Shown in pieces: positions 18,783 to 27,819 of a DNA stretch of 64,000 nt (its first letter is position 1; every line of letters starts with the position of its first letter). The position numbers and the translations under genes are program-made. The notes beneath the pieces are model-generated. The model made no database searches and was not told the DNA's origin. It worked only from the letters and a program-made list of their open reading frames with translations. Source of the stretch: Hyphomicrobiaceae bacterium (GTDB lineage: Bacteria > Pseudomonadota > Alphaproteobacteria > Rhizobiales > Hyphomicrobiaceae); assembly GCA_031374735.1 (NCBI GenBank), contig JANMGQ010000066.1, positions 2,120-66,119 of the forward strand, written 5' to 3'.

Positions 18783-19018
18783 GCAGCCTCTGGAATCGTA
18801 ATCGTTAGCTCCTTAATCTCGACACCCTGTTGGCCAAGTATGGGATCGCCCTCCTCAAGCCGCACCTCAAGTGCAAGTTCGATCGCTTCCTGCGCCATGC
18901 GAATGGCCTCGTCCATGTCCTGTCCGCAGGTCACTACCTCAGGTAACTCCGGTACTGTGACAGTGAATCCGCCTTCGGGCTCTGGAATAAAGACGACCTT
19001 GAATGTGCGGCTTTTCAT
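18779..19018 (-). CDS. hicB: Type II antitoxin HicB (short, N-terminal HicB fold only)
   Basis: 79 aa; FKVVFIPEPEGGFTVTVPELPEVVTCGQDMDEAIRMAQEAIEL is the UPF0150/HicB N-domain signature; ATGA overlap with hicA; no RHH/HTH C-terminal domain visible. Confidence 0.8.
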   Translation of the reverse strand: MKSRTFKVVFIPEPEGGFTVTVPELPEVVTCGQDMDEAIRMAQEAIELALEVRLEEGDPILGQQGVEIKELTITIPEAA

Positions 19019-19051
19019 GTCAGCCTCTCCTGCCTTGCTGACGCCATCTTA

Positions 19052-20788
19052 TCACTCCGCCGCCGCCTTGTCCTTGAGCAGCGTCTCGCCCGGCTTGACC
19101 AGCGTGAACTGCACCGGCGCATCCGACACGTCGACGCGATCGCCGTCGAGACGCACACGCGTGTAGCGCGAGGTCGGTAGATCGCCGGCGTCGGGGAAGT
19201 CGTCGCGATAGTGCGCGCCGCGCGAATTCTCGCGCTTCAGGGCCGCCGCCGTGATCACCTTCGAGACGAGCAGCTGGCTGTCGAGATTGAGCCAATCGGC
19301 CCAGGTGAGGTTGAACGCGCGATCGCCATCCGGCACGCCGGTGCGCGCAAGCTCCGCACCGAGATCATCGAGCATCACAGTCGCACGCGTGAGCCGCTCC
19401 TGCGTGCGGATGATGCCCGCGTCGTCCCACATGCGTTCGAGCAGCGTGTCACGCAGCGCGTTGATGTTGCCGCGGGGTTGGCGGAAGGGGCGCGTCGCAC
19501 GCTCGATCTCGGCGGCGACCTGATCGAGATCAGGGTCTTGTTGCGCGCGATCACCAGCGACATCGGCCGCCATGACATCACCGGAAATGCCGCCGAACAC
19601 GGTCGAATTGGCAACGCCGTTACCACCAAGCCGGTTGGCGCCGTGCATGCCGCCGGCATCCTCGCCCGCGACGTAGAGGCCCGGCAGCGCTGTGCGCGTG
19701 TCGACGTCGCATTCGAGCCCGCCCATGAGGTAGTGCGCGGTCGGCACCACCTCGACTTGCCCACCCGCGAGATCGAAACCGCAATCGGCGCAGCGCTCGA
19801 CCATGCCCTTGAACTGTTTGCGCACCTTTTCGGGCCCGAGGTGCCCCATGGCGATGTAGATGCCGCCGTTCGGCGTCGTGCGGCCGGCCTGCATTTCGCG
19901 ATACATCGACTGCGAAACGAGATCGCGCGTCGCCCGCTCGCCGCGCTCATGGTAGTTGAACATGAAGCGGTTGCCGTCGCCATTAAGCAAATAGCCGCCT
20001 GCGCCACGCAAACCTTCCTCGATGATCGTACCGGTCATGCGCGTGCCCTTGCCCGCGAGCACGCCCGTCGGATGAAACTGCACCATCTCCATATCGCGCA
20101 ACGTGAGCCCCGCGCGCAGTGCCATGGCGAGCCCGTCCATGCTCTTGTCGCCGGAGGGCGTGTGATACTTGTACATCGTCGGCCCGCCGCCGGTCGCGAG
20201 CAGCACGGCCTTGGCGCGTATGAATCTGAACGCGCCCGTGCGCACATCTTGCAGCAGCACGCCCGCGAGCGCGCTGCCGTACTTGGATTTGATCAGCGCG
20301 AGTGCGCGGTGTTCTTCGAGACGCTGGATGCCCGGCCGGGCCCACACCTGCTCCATCAGCCGGTTGATGATTTCGATGCCCGTGAGATCGCCCTTATGGA
20401 CCGTGCGATCGAACGTCTGCCCCGCAAAGGCTTTGCCATGCAGCGAGCCATCTGGATTGCGATCGAAGAAGCAGCCGATCTCGTTTTCAAGCTCGCGCAC
20501 GCGCTCGATGGCCTTGGTGACGAGCGTCCACGCGAGATCCTGGTTCGGCAGCCATTTGCCGCCTTCGATCGTATCCATGAAGTGGCGTTCGACGCTGTCG
20601 CCCGGAATGAGCGCGACGTTGTAGCCGCCTTGCACCATCCGTGTGCAGCCGGATTTGCCGAGCAAGCCCTTGCTCGCAATCGTGACGGAGAGATGCGGCG
20701 CGGCCTTTTTGGCGTGCAGTGCCGCGAACAGCCCGGCGCCGCCCGCGCCAAGGATGAGAATGTCGGTTGCGTGCGTGTCGTAGGTCAT
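19052..20788 (-). CDS. FAD flavoprotein of the SdhA/FrdA/NadB family
   Basis: DILILGAGGAGLFAAL dinucleotide fold, MVQFHPTG, RGAGGYLLN, GLYVAGE..GMHGANRLGGN, ENSRGAHYR motifs. The position of the covalent-FAD His is not His (GCTRMVQGG). ATGA overlap with the upstream gene. Confidence 0.85.
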   Translation of the reverse strand: MTYDTHATDILILGAGGAGLFAALHAKKAAPHLSVTIASKGLLGKSGCTRMVQGGYNVALIPGDSVERHFMDTIEGGKWLPNQDLAWTLVTKAIERVRELENEIGCFFDRNPDGSLHGKAFAGQTFDRTVHKGDLTGIEIINRLMEQVWARPGIQRLEEHRALALIKSKYGSALAGVLLQDVRTGAFRFIRAKAVLLATGGGPTMYKYHTPSGDKSMDGLAMALRAGLTLRDMEMVQFHPTGVLAGKGTRMTGTIIEEGLRGAGGYLLNGDGNRFMFNYHERGERATRDLVSQSMYREMQAGRTTPNGGIYIAMGHLGPEKVRKQFKGMVERCADCGFDLAGGQVEVVPTAHYLMGGLECDVDTRTALPGLYVAGEDAGGMHGANRLGGNGVANSTVFGGISGDVMAADVAGDRAQQDPDLDQVAAEIERATRPFRQPRGNINALRDTLLERMWDDAGIIRTQERLTRATVMLDDLGAELARTGVPDGDRAFNLTWADWLNLDSQLLVSKVITAAALKRENSRGAHYRDDFPDAGDLPTSRYTRVRLDGDRVDVSDAPVQFTLVKPGETLLKDKAAAE

Positions 20789-21792
20789 AGCGTCACCGAT
20801 CCGCCGGTCTTTGCGCTTTTGAGCAGTGCTGCGATGGTTGCCGCGATATCGCAACTTTCGCCTTCGGTCGCCCCGGTCCAGTGCTGCGCGCCCTCCCGCA
20901 CCATGCGCGCGAAACTCTCGGCTTCGTGGAAGAAGCCGTTCCCTTCAGGCACAGCGCGCGTCTCGATCGGCGAGACGGCCGCCGGGCCACGTCGGATCTG
21001 GAATTGGGCGGGGCCACCGATGGGCGGGTGATTGAGAAACATCGTCTCGATGGAGCCTTTGTCGCCGATGATCTGGCCGTGACGATGATAGCCTGTGGCG
21101 AAACTCGCGCTGACATGCGCAACCACGCCGTTTGCGAATTCGAGCGTGCCGAGCAGCGTCTCGTCGACGCCTGTCGCTGTGTATTGCGCGGTTGCCGAGA
21201 CGCGCGTTGGGCGAGCGCCAGCCATAACGCGCACGAAACTGATGGCGTAGCTGCCCGCGTCCATCACGGCGCCGCCGGCCAGATCGGCTTTCAGGCGAAT
21301 GTTGTTCGGATCGGAGAACGGGATGCCGAAACTGGCGCGGATCAATTTCACTTTGCCGATCGCGCCCTCGGCAAGGAGGCGGCGCACCTCGCCTGTCATG
21401 CGTTGCGCAAGATAGGGGTAGGCCTCGACCAGATGCACGCGATTGCGCCGCGCCGCATCGAACATCGCTTTCGCTTCGACCTCGTCGACGGCCAAGGGTT
21501 TCTCGCACAGCACATGTTTGCCGGCCTCGGCCGCCTTGATCGACCACGGCGCGTGCAGACTGTTTGGCAGGGGATTGTAGATGGCCTCGACATCGGGATC
21601 GGCGAGCAGGGCGTCGTAGCTCGCATGCGCGCGGGGGATGTCGAATTCGCGCGCGAACGCCTGCGCCTTATCCAGCGTACGACTGCCGACGGCTGCGATC
21701 GTCACCAGCTTCGAGGGCGCGACGGCCTTGACGAAGGCGCGCGCGATGTCGGCTGCGCCGAGGATGCCGATGCGAAGTGGTTGGTGGCTCAT
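20785..21792 (-). CDS. Gfo/Idh/MocA family oxidoreductase
   Basis: LRIGILGAADIA Rossmann start, HVLCEKPLA motif. Confidence 0.85.
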   Translation of the reverse strand: MSHQPLRIGILGAADIARAFVKAVAPSKLVTIAAVGSRTLDKAQAFAREFDIPRAHASYDALLADPDVEAIYNPLPNSLHAPWSIKAAEAGKHVLCEKPLAVDEVEAKAMFDAARRNRVHLVEAYPYLAQRMTGEVRRLLAEGAIGKVKLIRASFGIPFSDPNNIRLKADLAGGAVMDAGSYAISFVRVMAGARPTRVSATAQYTATGVDETLLGTLEFANGVVAHVSASFATGYHRHGQIIGDKGSIETMFLNHPPIGGPAQFQIRRGPAAVSPIETRAVPEGNGFFHEAESFARMVREGAQHWTGATEGESCDIAATIAALLKSAKTGGSVTL

Positions 21793-21806
21793 CGGAGATC
21801 CCTCGC

Positions 21807-22172
21807 TCAGGCGACAATCAAGAAGGCGGCACCTAGCAATGCCGCGCCGACGATACCACCGATGGCCGCGGCGCGCTGGCTCGGTCGCCAGCCGTGTGCC
21901 TCGAGCATCAAGACACGCACCCCGCCGACGAGGTGGACGGCGAGGCAGAAGATCAACCCGGCTTCAGCAAGTTTGACGATGGGCTGCTTCGTCCAGCCGA
22001 GGAAGCTATCCAAGCCTGCTTCGCCCCTGAGCGCAAAGCCGAGCACCAGAAAATGAAACGGCAGGAACAGCGCGAGCGCGACGCCGCTGACGCGATGGAT
22101 GAACGCCGCCGACCAGAGCGCATCTCGGCGATAGGCGGCATTGCGCGGTTTGTCAGTGCGAGGCTCGGTCAT
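21807..22172 (-). CDS. Small 3-TM membrane protein, SdhC/FrdC (cytochrome b anchor)-like
   Basis: 121 aa with three hydrophobic helices, HRVSG motif and a His in helix 2 (AVHLVGG), resembling succinate dehydrogenase/fumarate reductase membrane anchors; 14 nt upstream of the Gfo gene. Confidence 0.45.
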   Translation of the reverse strand: MTEPRTDKPRNAAYRRDALWSAAFIHRVSGVALALFLPFHFLVLGFALRGEAGLDSFLGWTKQPIVKLAEAGLIFCLAVHLVGGVRVLMLEAHGWRPSQRAAAIGGIVGAALLGAAFLIVA

Positions 22173-22380
22173 GGCGTGATCCGTGAGCCCTGTTTTCGCG
22201 GCCCCCGAGGTCCCCTGATTGTAGAACCAAACATCAAAGCACCCGTACCTGCGGTTAGAGACAGCGACCGATCATTCAAGCCACGTTTTCCGCACTACGA
22301 CAGCACGCCACGGTGCTTGCAGATCCGAGACCTGCACACCTCGGCAATACAGTATCGACGCCTCAGCGCGACCGATGAGG

Positions 22381-22427
22381 CTTCCGGACATGCCGGTCGC
22401 GCCATCGCACTACCGGCATTCCAGGAT
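22381..22427. repeat. Degenerate copy of the CCGGA-ATGCCGGTCGCGCC palindromic intergenic repeat family
   Basis: CTTCCGGACATGCCGGTCGCGCC...ACCGGCATTCCAGGA shares about 20 nt with the core of the element at 25243-25296. Confidence 0.4.
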
Positions 22428-22467
22428 ACCGCCACTGTTGGCGGTCAAAGTTTGATGCCCCGTGGGA

Positions 22468-23646
22468 TCAGAGCTTGCAGCCTGTGCCCGGATCGGCGAG
22501 GCCGGCAACGGCGATGCCCGTAACCTTGTTTTGGCCGCCTTCGGCCTTGCGCAGGTAGATGTTGTGCACGATTTCCTGCGATTTCGAGAAGCTGACCGGG
22601 CCGCGCGGGCTGTCGATTTTGGCTTCGCGCATGGCTTTGTAGAGGGCGGCTTCATCCTCGATCTTGCCCTTCACGGCCTCGAGGCCGATGGCAAGCAATT
22701 GCGCGCTGTCATAGCCCTGCACCGCATACACATCCGCCTCGCGACCGGCTTTGGCCTTGAAGGCCGCGCGGAAGGCCGTGTTCTTCGGGTTGTCGAGGCC
22801 ATCGCCATAGTGGAGCGCGGTTTCAACGCCGTTGGCAGCGTCTCCCGCGGCGCCCAGCACGCCCTCGGTCAGGAAGCCGGATCCGACCAGCGGCACGGAG
22901 AGGCCGGCCGCCTTGTAGTCCTTCAGGAACGCGGCAGCCCCGCCGCCCGCGAAGAAGGCACCAACGGCATCGACGCCGAGGCCCGGGATCTGCGCCAGCA
23001 ACGGCTGGAAGTTGGTTTCCGGGAATTTCAGCGTCAATGTCTGCACAACCTGACCGCCGTTGGCCTCGAGGCCTTCCTTGAAGCCCGCGCCCGATTCAGC
23101 GCCCGCGGCATAATCCCATGTGATCCACGCGGCCTTTTTGACGCCGCGCTTGCCGAGCGCAACGCCCATGCCATAGGCGGGCTGCCAGTTCGAGAACGAA
23201 GCGCGAAACACGTTCTTGGCGCACAGCGCGCGCGTGACGCCGACGGCGCCGGCATTGGGCACGATGCACAGCGTGCCCGATTCCGTGACGGCCTTGTGGA
23301 TGGCCATCTGCACGCCCGAGTGGACAGTGCCGATGAGCACGTCGACTGCGTCGCGCTTGATCATGCGATCGGCGTTCTGGGGGCCGAGTTCCGGCTTGGA
23401 TTCGTCGTCCAGCTTGATGAACTGGATGTCGCGGCCGCCGAGTTTGCCGCCTTTTTCGGCCAAGACCATTTCGATTGCATGTGTGATGTTCTCGCCAAGT
23501 TGCGCGAACGTGCCCGAGTAAGGCAGCATCAAGCCGACCTTGAGTGGCTTGGCCTGGGCAATGGCCCAGCCGGTCGGGATAGTGGCGGCGGCGGTCAGGG
23601 CGCCAGCGCCCTTGATCAGGCCGCGGCGTGAAACGCGTTTGGTCAT
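22468..23646 (-). CDS. ABC transporter substrate-binding protein (LivJ/LivK branched-chain amino acid type)
   Basis: Tat-like signal SRRGLIKGAGALTAAATIP..AQA, then a type I periplasmic binding fold pattern (KVGLMLPYSGTFA, VDVLIGTVHS). Confidence 0.85.
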   Translation of the reverse strand: MTKRVSRRGLIKGAGALTAAATIPTGWAIAQAKPLKVGLMLPYSGTFAQLGENITHAIEMVLAEKGGKLGGRDIQFIKLDDESKPELGPQNADRMIKRDAVDVLIGTVHSGVQMAIHKAVTESGTLCIVPNAGAVGVTRALCAKNVFRASFSNWQPAYGMGVALGKRGVKKAAWITWDYAAGAESGAGFKEGLEANGGQVVQTLTLKFPETNFQPLLAQIPGLGVDAVGAFFAGGGAAAFLKDYKAAGLSVPLVGSGFLTEGVLGAAGDAANGVETALHYGDGLDNPKNTAFRAAFKAKAGREADVYAVQGYDSAQLLAIGLEAVKGKIEDEAALYKAMREAKIDSPRGPVSFSKSQEIVHNIYLRKAEGGQNKVTGIAVAGLADPGTGCKL

Positions 23647-23826
23647 GTGTATCCTCCCAGATGTTTCGGCCTTGGCTGGCCGTGCCGCTCTTGCTTCGCC
23701 AACCACTGCGGCGGCGTCAAGGCTCTCATTTTTTGTCTGAGCGCTCGGCCGCCGAGATCGGCTGCCAACCGTCTTGACTTCGCACACCCGCAGCGCCCGG
23801 CTCCATCAATGCCGCACATGCAGCAT

Positions 23827-25179
23827 TCAGTTGGCCTGTGGCGTTTCCCCGGCTTGCACCGCCAGAACCGCGCCGGCGAGATACAGCGAACCACAAATCA
23901 GCACGCGCGTCGGCACCGTGACGGTGCGCGAGAGCTGGTCAAGGGCCGCGAGAGGATCGGCCACGGGCTCGGCGGGGATGCCAACACCGTGTGCGGCCTT
24001 GGCAAGCTGAACCGGGTCGTGCGGGATCTCTCTGGCACCGGCGACCGGCACCGTGAGCACCTGCTGCACAATGCCGGAAAACGGCGCCAGGAACCCGCCC
24101 GCGTCCCGATGGCCCTGCATGCCGAAGATCAGCACGACGGGCATGGGCCTGAGCTCATCCAGGTCTGCCAACGTTTGCGCGATCACCTGCCCGCCGGCAG
24201 GATTATGCCCGCCATCGAGCCACAACTCGATTCTTTTGCCCGCTCGCTCAGCCAGCGATCCGGTGGCGAGACGCTGCATGCGCCCGGGCCAAACCGCTTT
24301 CGCAAGCCCGCGCCCGATGATCTCCTCGTCCAGACTGAGCAACGCGCGCAGCTGCTGTGACGCCGCCACGACCGTTCCTGCGTTGATGATCTGATGGCGC
24401 CCGATCAGACCGGGCAGCGGCAGATCGAGCAACTCATTCTCGGTCTGGAAGATCAGCCGCCCATTCTGTTCAAATGCATCGAAATCCTCGCCCCAGGTGA
24501 GGATCGGCGCGCGCTCGGCCCGCGCCTTGGCCCGCAGAACATCGAGCACCAGCGGCTCCTGCTGCGAGATCACCACGGGCACGTCGCGCTTGATGATGCC
24601 GGCCTTGGCCCAGGCGATGTTTTCAAGCGTCCCGCCGAGCTTTTCTGCGTGATCCATTGATATCGGCGTGATGATGCACAGCTGCGGCCGCTGCACGACA
24701 TTGGTCGTGTCGAACTCGCCGCCGAGACCAACCTCAAGAATAAGCACGTCCGCCGGCGTCTCGGCGAAAGCGAGAAAGGCCGCTGCCGTGGTGATCTCAA
24801 AAAACGTGATGGGGTCGCCTGCATTCACGTCGCGCACGCGCTCAAGCAGCGATACGAGCTGATCCTCTGAAATGGGCGCGGAACCCCCACCCGGTTGCGC
24901 CAGCACAATGCGCTCATGAAAATGCACCAGATGCGGCGAGGTATAAACATGCGGGCGCTTGCCTGCGGCCTCGGTGATCGCTCGCAAAAACGCTGTCGTC
25001 GAGCCTTTGCCGTTGGTGCCAGCGATGTGCACCACAGGTGGCAACTTGCGTTCGGGATGGTCGAGCTTGACCAGCAACCGCTCGATCCGCCCAAGCGACA
25101 GATCCATCATCAGCGGATGGAGTGCCTTCAAACTCGCGAGCAGCGCATCACTGCGCCGCACGGGTGGTGTCTTGGACAT
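23827..25179 (-). CDS. folC: Bifunctional folylpolyglutamate synthase / dihydrofolate synthase
   Basis: P-loop HIAGTNGKGST, Mur-ligase family motifs. Confidence 0.9.
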   Translation of the reverse strand: MSKTPPVRRSDALLASLKALHPLMMDLSLGRIERLLVKLDHPERKLPPVVHIAGTNGKGSTTAFLRAITEAAGKRPHVYTSPHLVHFHERIVLAQPGGGSAPISEDQLVSLLERVRDVNAGDPITFFEITTAAAFLAFAETPADVLILEVGLGGEFDTTNVVQRPQLCIITPISMDHAEKLGGTLENIAWAKAGIIKRDVPVVISQQEPLVLDVLRAKARAERAPILTWGEDFDAFEQNGRLIFQTENELLDLPLPGLIGRHQIINAGTVVAASQQLRALLSLDEEIIGRGLAKAVWPGRMQRLATGSLAERAGKRIELWLDGGHNPAGGQVIAQTLADLDELRPMPVVLIFGMQGHRDAGGFLAPFSGIVQQVLTVPVAGAREIPHDPVQLAKAAHGVGIPAEPVADPLAALDQLSRTVTVPTRVLICGSLYLAGAVLAVQAGETPQAN

Positions 25180-25202
25180 GGAACGCTCTCGTTCGGTGGA
25201 TC

Positions 25203-25334
25203 ATACCAGCGCGCAAAATTTCTGACCTATCACATCCAACGGCGTCATCCCGGATATGCCGGTCGCGCCTCGGCGCGACGGCATTCCGGGATGACGATGA
25301 TAGTTGGTCAGTCATAAATTTTGGCCGCTGGTAT
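25203..25334. repeat. Nested imperfect palindromic intergenic element (MITE/REP-like)
   Basis: Outer arms ATACCAGCGCGCAAAATTTCTGACC / GGTCAGTCATAAATTTTGGCCGCTGGTAT; inner palindrome CGTCATCCCGGATATGCCGGTCGCGCC-TC-GGCGCGACGGCATTCCGGGATGACG (25243-25296). Confidence 0.65.
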
Positions 25335-25395
25335 CAGTGCCGTCATGCGGTGAGTACTTCGCTGTTCCTCGTCGTGCAATCGGCTGGTATGCCCT

Positions 25396-26757
25396 TCAAC
25401 CGCCCTCCATGGCATCCCGCTCGCCGCCCGGTGGTTTGGCCGAGGCGTTAGGTGCGGCCTTGCGCGCGGGCACAACTGTCGCGCCCGCTGGTGCCGTCAC
25501 GGGCTTGATGCGCAGCGCCGTCAGCTTGTTCTTGTTCTTGCGCAGGATCTCAAAACGATAGCCGTGGAACGTGAAGGTTTGCCCGGGCTCAGGAATGGTC
25601 TGCGCCTCATGGATGAGCAGACCAGCGATCGTGGTCGCCTCCTCGTCGGGCAAGTTCCAGTCCATCTGCCGGTTCAAATCGCGCACGGCGAGCGAGCCGT
25701 CGACATTGACCGAGCCGTCGGCCTGCGTGCGCACGGCCGAGCCCTCGGTGTCGTGCTCATCTGAGATCTGGCCGACGATCTCTTCGAGAATGTCCTCAAG
25801 CGTGATGAGGCCTTGCACCTCGCCATATTCGTCGACGACCAGCGCCATCTGCGATTTGCGCTTCAGGAACGCGTTCAGTTGCGCGCGTGCCGTCGTGCTT
25901 TCCGGGACAAACCAGGGCGCGGGGGCGAGCGCCTTGATGTCGAGTTTTTCAGGCGCAAAACCGGTCGCGGACAGGGCGGCCAGCAGGTCTTTGGTGTTCA
26001 GAATACCGACGATGTTTTCGGCCTGCTCCTTCCACAGCGGCACGCGCGTGTATTGGCTTTTGAGCACAGCATCGATGATGGCGTACGGCGGCTGGTCGAT
26101 GTCGATGGTCTCCATTTTGGTCCGATGCACCATGACGTCTTCAACCGTGAGATCGCCGAGATCGAGCACGCCGCCGAGCATCTCGGCATCGTTGCGCGCC
26201 ACCGCGCCCTCCTTTTGCTGCAGCTCGATGGTGCCGCGCAGCTCCTCTTGCGCTGCCAGAATATTGGCCTTGTCGTCCTTGGTCGACGGCGTCAGCTTCA
26301 GGATGGCGCGCACCACGATCTGCAACAGCACGGTCGCGGGCGTCAGCACCCAGATGACCGCGCGCATGATTGGCGCCACCACAAGCGCCGCCTTGTCCGG
26401 GTTGGTGAGTGCATAGGTCTTGGGCAGCACGGCCGAGAAGATCACGATCAGCGTCGTCAGCAGGATCGACGAATAGATCACGCCGACTTCGCCAAACACC
26501 TTGGCAGCATAGGCTGAGGCGAGCGCCGCCGCGAGCACGTCGACCAGCGTGTTGCCGAGCAGAACGGCGCCGAGCAGCTTCTCGGGCGCTGTCATGAGGC
26601 GGTTGACCTGGATGGCGCGCGGATGCCCCTCCTGCTCCATGGCGTGCATACGCGCGCGCGAGGCGGCTGTGAGCGCCGTCTCGCTGGCGTTGAAGAAGGC
26701 CGACAGTGCCAGCAACACGACGATGGCTGCGATGATCAGGGCAAGTTCATAGGACAT
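25396..26757 (-). CDS. HlyC/CorC (CNNM) family transporter, DUF21 + CBS pair + CorC_HlyC domains
   Basis: N-terminal FFNASETALT DUF21 motif, CBS region, C-terminal transporter-associated domain; start at MSYELALII. Confidence 0.85.
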   Translation of the reverse strand: MSYELALIIAAIVVLLALSAFFNASETALTAASRARMHAMEQEGHPRAIQVNRLMTAPEKLLGAVLLGNTLVDVLAAALASAYAAKVFGEVGVIYSSILLTTLIVIFSAVLPKTYALTNPDKAALVVAPIMRAVIWVLTPATVLLQIVVRAILKLTPSTKDDKANILAAQEELRGTIELQQKEGAVARNDAEMLGGVLDLGDLTVEDVMVHRTKMETIDIDQPPYAIIDAVLKSQYTRVPLWKEQAENIVGILNTKDLLAALSATGFAPEKLDIKALAPAPWFVPESTTARAQLNAFLKRKSQMALVVDEYGEVQGLITLEDILEEIVGQISDEHDTEGSAVRTQADGSVNVDGSLAVRDLNRQMDWNLPDEEATTIAGLLIHEAQTIPEPGQTFTFHGYRFEILRKNKNKLTALRIKPVTAPAGATVVPARKAAPNASAKPPGGERDAMEGG

Positions 26758-26917
26758 GAGACGTGGTTTAGCATGACAGAGTGCACGTGGGGCGGGTTGT
26801 GCGATGTTATAGGCGAGACAGGTGAATGCCACGTGCGCAATGTGCGACAGCGCTGGCAGGACAAGACTGTGGTTGCTTGCTAGTACATCCAACGAGCTGC
26901 GGACGAGCACAATAAAC

Positions 26918-27817
26918 ATGATCGAAACATCCGGCGAACGCATGGCGAAGGCCAATGGCCTCGAGCTGTGTTACCAGACCTTCGGCGACAAGTCGGACCC
27001 GGCGCTCGTGCTGATCATGGGGCTCGGCACGCAGATGATCGCCTGGGACGAGGCCCTGTGCGCGGCTTTGGCGGAAAAGGGCTTGTTCGTCGTACGTTTC
27101 GATAACCGCGACATCGGCAAGTCGACACGTTTTGATGCGGCGGGCGTGCCTAATATCATGGCTTTGATGGGCATGATGGCCATCGGCCGGAAACTGGATG
27201 TACCCTACACGTTGCGGGACATGGCGGCCGATACGATCGGCTTGATGGATGCTCTCGGCATCGAGACGGCCCACGTCGTTGGCGCGTCCATGGGTGGCGC
27301 TATCGTGCAGGAACTCGCGATCCACTATCCCGCGCGCCTCAAGACCATGGCCTGCATCATGGCGTCGCCGGGCGATCCCAAGCTGAAGGCACCGACGGCG
27401 CAAGCGATCGCCGTGCTCTTGAAGTCGACGCCGGCGGATTTCGACGGTTATCTCGCCTCCTACAAGGCGACGGTGAAGGTGCTGCGCGGGCCGCATTTTC
27501 CAGACGAAGAAGCGCATGACGAGGCGCGCGCGCGGCGCAACTTCGAGCGTGGCCTCAATCCAGCGGGGACGACGCGTCAGCTCGCGGCCATCTATGCCTC
27601 CGGCAATCGAACGGCCGCGCTCGGCAAGACGACGACACCCGCTTTGGTCATTCACGGCGACGCTGATCCGCTGATCCCGGTGTCACACGGTCATGCGCTG
27701 GTGAAGGCGATCGGCCGCGCGACCGTCGATATCATCCCGAACATGGGGCACTCGCTGCCCCGCGCCGTCTGGCCGCGTATCGTCGAAGATATCACGCGGC
27801 ATACGCAGGCGCGCTAA
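26918..27817 (+). CDS. alpha/beta hydrolase
   Basis: LVLIMGLG, nucleophile elbow GASMGG, C-terminal GHSLP; alternative start at 26942 (MAKANG). Confidence 0.8.
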   Translation: MIETSGERMAKANGLELCYQTFGDKSDPALVLIMGLGTQMIAWDEALCAALAEKGLFVVRFDNRDIGKSTRFDAAGVPNIMALMGMMAIGRKLDVPYTLRDMAADTIGLMDALGIETAHVVGASMGGAIVQELAIHYPARLKTMACIMASPGDPKLKAPTAQAIAVLLKSTPADFDGYLASYKATVKVLRGPHFPDEEAHDEARARRNFERGLNPAGTTRQLAAIYASGNRTAALGKTTTPALVIHGDADPLIPVSHGHALVKAIGRATVDIIPNMGHSLPRAVWPRIVEDITRHTQAR

Positions 27818-27819
27818 GC

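Noticed and set aside
19211-21031. 606-aa plus-strand ORF, the longest alternative in the window
   Set aside because: Fully antisense to the SdhA-like flavoprotein, which carries unmistakable FAD-binding motifs. The antisense product is Arg/Ala/His/Glu low-complexity.
20881-22056. 391-aa plus-strand ORF
   Set aside because: Antisense to the Gfo/Idh/MocA and SdhC-like genes; no motifs.
22462-23631. 389-aa plus-strand ORF
   Set aside because: Antisense to the LivK-type binding protein gene, which has a Tat signal and a periplasmic binding fold.
26807-27655. 282-aa minus-strand ORF
   Set aside because: Antisense to the alpha/beta hydrolase gene, which has a nucleophile elbow and catalytic His.
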